Positions 62,001 to 64,000 of a DNA stretch of 64,000 nucleotides are shown one piece after another. Within the stretch, counting starts at the first letter, position 1; each line of letters starts with the position of its first letter. A program made the position numbers and the translations under genes. The stretch is from Klebsormidium nitens (Eukaryota > Plantae > Klebsormidiophyceae), in NCBI GenBank assembly GCA_000708835.1, contig DF237076.1:1-64000 (forward strand). The letters are read 5' to 3'. The notes beneath the pieces are model-generated. The model was not told the origin of the DNA and did no database searches. It saw only the letters and a program-made list of their open reading frames with translations.

Positions 62001-64000
62001 TTGGCAGGTTACATGGGGACCCGGTGTCATCTGACTTGCGCTGGGCTTCTTGAGAGTCGACTTCTATAACTTGGAGGCTTGGATTCGACTTACGTAACTT
62101 GGAGGCTTGGATTTGCCTGGCTTGTCTGAAACAAGGTTGAAACAGGCCACGTTCTAGAAGGCCAAGTTGGTAACTTGCCAGCTTCGGAACTGACGGAACC
62201 GATTTGTGGACCAGGCGTGTGGCCAGATCGAGGATCGAGCGTCCATGATTCTCTGCTCTCACTGCGACGCTTCCTACCACGAGGGTTGCCTGGACGAGAG
62301 GTCAACTCCGAACGAAAAGGTAGGCGTCCCTTCACCTCTTCTGTTTCTATGTTGTCCCTTCCTGGGCTCGCGGCAACTTCAGACCTGAACAGCGGTTGTT
62401 TTTTATGGTCGGTATTCGATTGCGGACGGAGTCCGGATGTTCAAAAGTATTCACCGTAGGTGCCATTGGTGGACTTTCTTTACCTGACACTATCGCTAGC
62501 AAGTACGGAAACATCGGCTTCACAAACTGAGAAAATCAATCCTAGCACACAGCCTAATAGGTCTTGCACCCCGCCCTTTTCTGCAGCAACGCAAGCTTGG
62601 CTGGATCTGCCCTGGCTGCTCGTCGTGCGCGTGCGGGACCACGCTGGGCCTCAAGGCCTCCTCGATGCGCTGGTTCCCGCGCAGCGACGGTGGCGTGGTG
62701 TGCACCAAGTGCCTCCGCCAAAAGTCGCGGGGACACCTGTGCTCAGTGTGTCGGACGTCGTTCGAAGATGCGGCCGCGAAGGGCATCAACGAGTGCGCCA
62801 AGTGTTTTCTGAAGGTGCACAAAGGTGAGGGGAAGATGTACTGAATGAACGTCCGTTCCTTTCGGGCTGGTAGAGCTGGTTGGGCCCTGTGGGGAAATAG
62901 ATGGTGTGGCCGGGCGGATGTCTCGTTCTGCTTGCAGCTGTGCGGCTGACGTCCTTACTCAGATTAGACATCAGCAACCAAAACCGTTGCCAGAACATCC
63001 TGCGTCGTTGCCGGTCTCGAAAGTTCATGCATGTACGCTGTGTCAAGAGTCGTGACGCTGATTTGTTTGCTCTGTCACTCTTTATATACTTGTGAGATCA
63101 GTTGTTGTAACACCATCGCTCTCCGGAACAGGCTGCGACCCAAGTCGCCAGACGCCCAAGCCAGGCGCCGCCTACCACTGCCCCTCGTGCCGTAAGTCCG
63201 GAACGCCCAAAACCGCGTCTGGTGTCCAACTTCGGTCTACAAAGAAGCGCCTCAAGGGCGCGCCTGGTACCCCCTCCGCCAGACCCAGCCAAGCCGTCGG
63301 GGGATCCCCCTTCCGCGGCAAAGTGCAACCCCCGACGCTGATTGTGGAGAACCCTGCCGCAGAGGAGGGCACAGCATCCTTGCAAATGGACCCGAGCCTG
63401 GGGGTCGGGGAGCTGGGCTTGACACCGGGCACAATGGCCAGGCTGGGGCTTGACTCCGGGTTCGGGACGGCGTCATTCGCGGAGGAGCAACAGGAGCTGG
63501 AAGCGGACTCGGAGCTTGCGATGCTGTTGAGGACCGGTTCGGACGTCGATCTTGCGAGCATCGGTGGGGGTTTGCTGGGTTCGCTCCAGAGTCCCGAAGG
63601 ACTGGCGTTTCTGCGGACCGGTACGTCGGACGGAGGCGCTTCCGGAAAGGGGGGGGAGCCACAGACGGAAGTTGCGGGAGAGAGCAACGAGCAGGAGGGG
63701 GGTCCCGCAAGACCAGGGACTGCCAAGATGGCGGCGTTCAAAGTACCCCCCCTGATCGTGAACAGCTTCGTGTCCCCCGGGGCGAGCTCGGGGAGCCCTT
63801 TCGGGATGCTTTTCTCGCAGCGCTCGGACCAAGTTGCGCTGCCCAACTTTCTGCCGGGGCAGCTCGACACGCCGAACGTGGCGGGGTCCGGGCTCTGGAA
63901 TAGCCCGCCCGTGGAGGCGCCACCTGGCAGCCAGCTGGACGCAACAGCTGGCGCCGCCGAGGAAGGAAAAAACGGGTTGGGGGGGGCGGACACGCCGCGG
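56075..64000 (+). CDS. Very large nuclear protein: four C2H2 zinc fingers plus two KMT2C/D (MLL3/4)-like multi-PHD cassettes; truncated by window end
   Basis: Probable ATG 56075. Exons 56075-60262, 60626-61930, about 62215-62319, 62588-62825 and 63132->64000. Four CP(I/V)C.RTF.S.KA(M/L)YGHQR.H fingers start at about 58058, 58649, 59012 and 59465. PHD-type motifs: WLRCGGGCGRYIHQKC..YACWDC..CHSCG..CPPC..NYCTACEKVY..MVQCTICFHWCHAAC..FHCSRC, and CKVCGG..YLCCVDCGEAYHSFCL..WRCPTCKLCDACG..MILCSHCDASYHEGCL..WICPGC. Confidence 0.9.
58487..58585 (+). repeat. 12-bp coding tandem repeat (aagcctggggtt) encoding VKPG
   Basis: AVNPGVKPGVKPGLAKLGEAKPGVKPGVKPGVKPG in the large exon. Confidence 0.85.

Overview
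Eukaryotic, intron-rich nuclear DNA with GC-rich exons, GT-AG introns, plant/algal-type gene content and telobox/site-II motifs. It looks like a streptophyte alga such as Klebsormidium, which is an inference from composition and gene style only. No prokaryotic operons, CRISPR arrays, rRNA or tRNA were seen. I can trace about 12 genes by eye: an orphan low-complexity protein, a secreted Cys-rich protein, a classical SDR, an intronless 4x CxxC-CxxC zinc-ribbon protein, a Ser/Thr kinase, a PH-domain oxysterol-binding protein, a secreted acetamidase/formamidase, a 97-aa membrane protein, a Rubisco-LSMT-like SET protein, a DUF7918-like protein and a very large C2H2 + multi-PHD protein that runs off the window end. 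There is also a frameshifted phosphoglucomutase pseudogene that is invisible in the ORF track. Non-coding structure includes two TIR elements (about 516 bp with CTAG/TA flanks, and 190 bp with telomere-like filler), a roughly 1.2-kb palindrome/foldback element, and all-GC hairpins at matching distances upstream of two genes. I did not find a clearly new multi-gene system. The best leads are the zinc-ribbon gene, the C2H2-PHD fusion, the foldback element and the MITEs. Exon coordinates were placed by eye and need RNA-seq confirmation.
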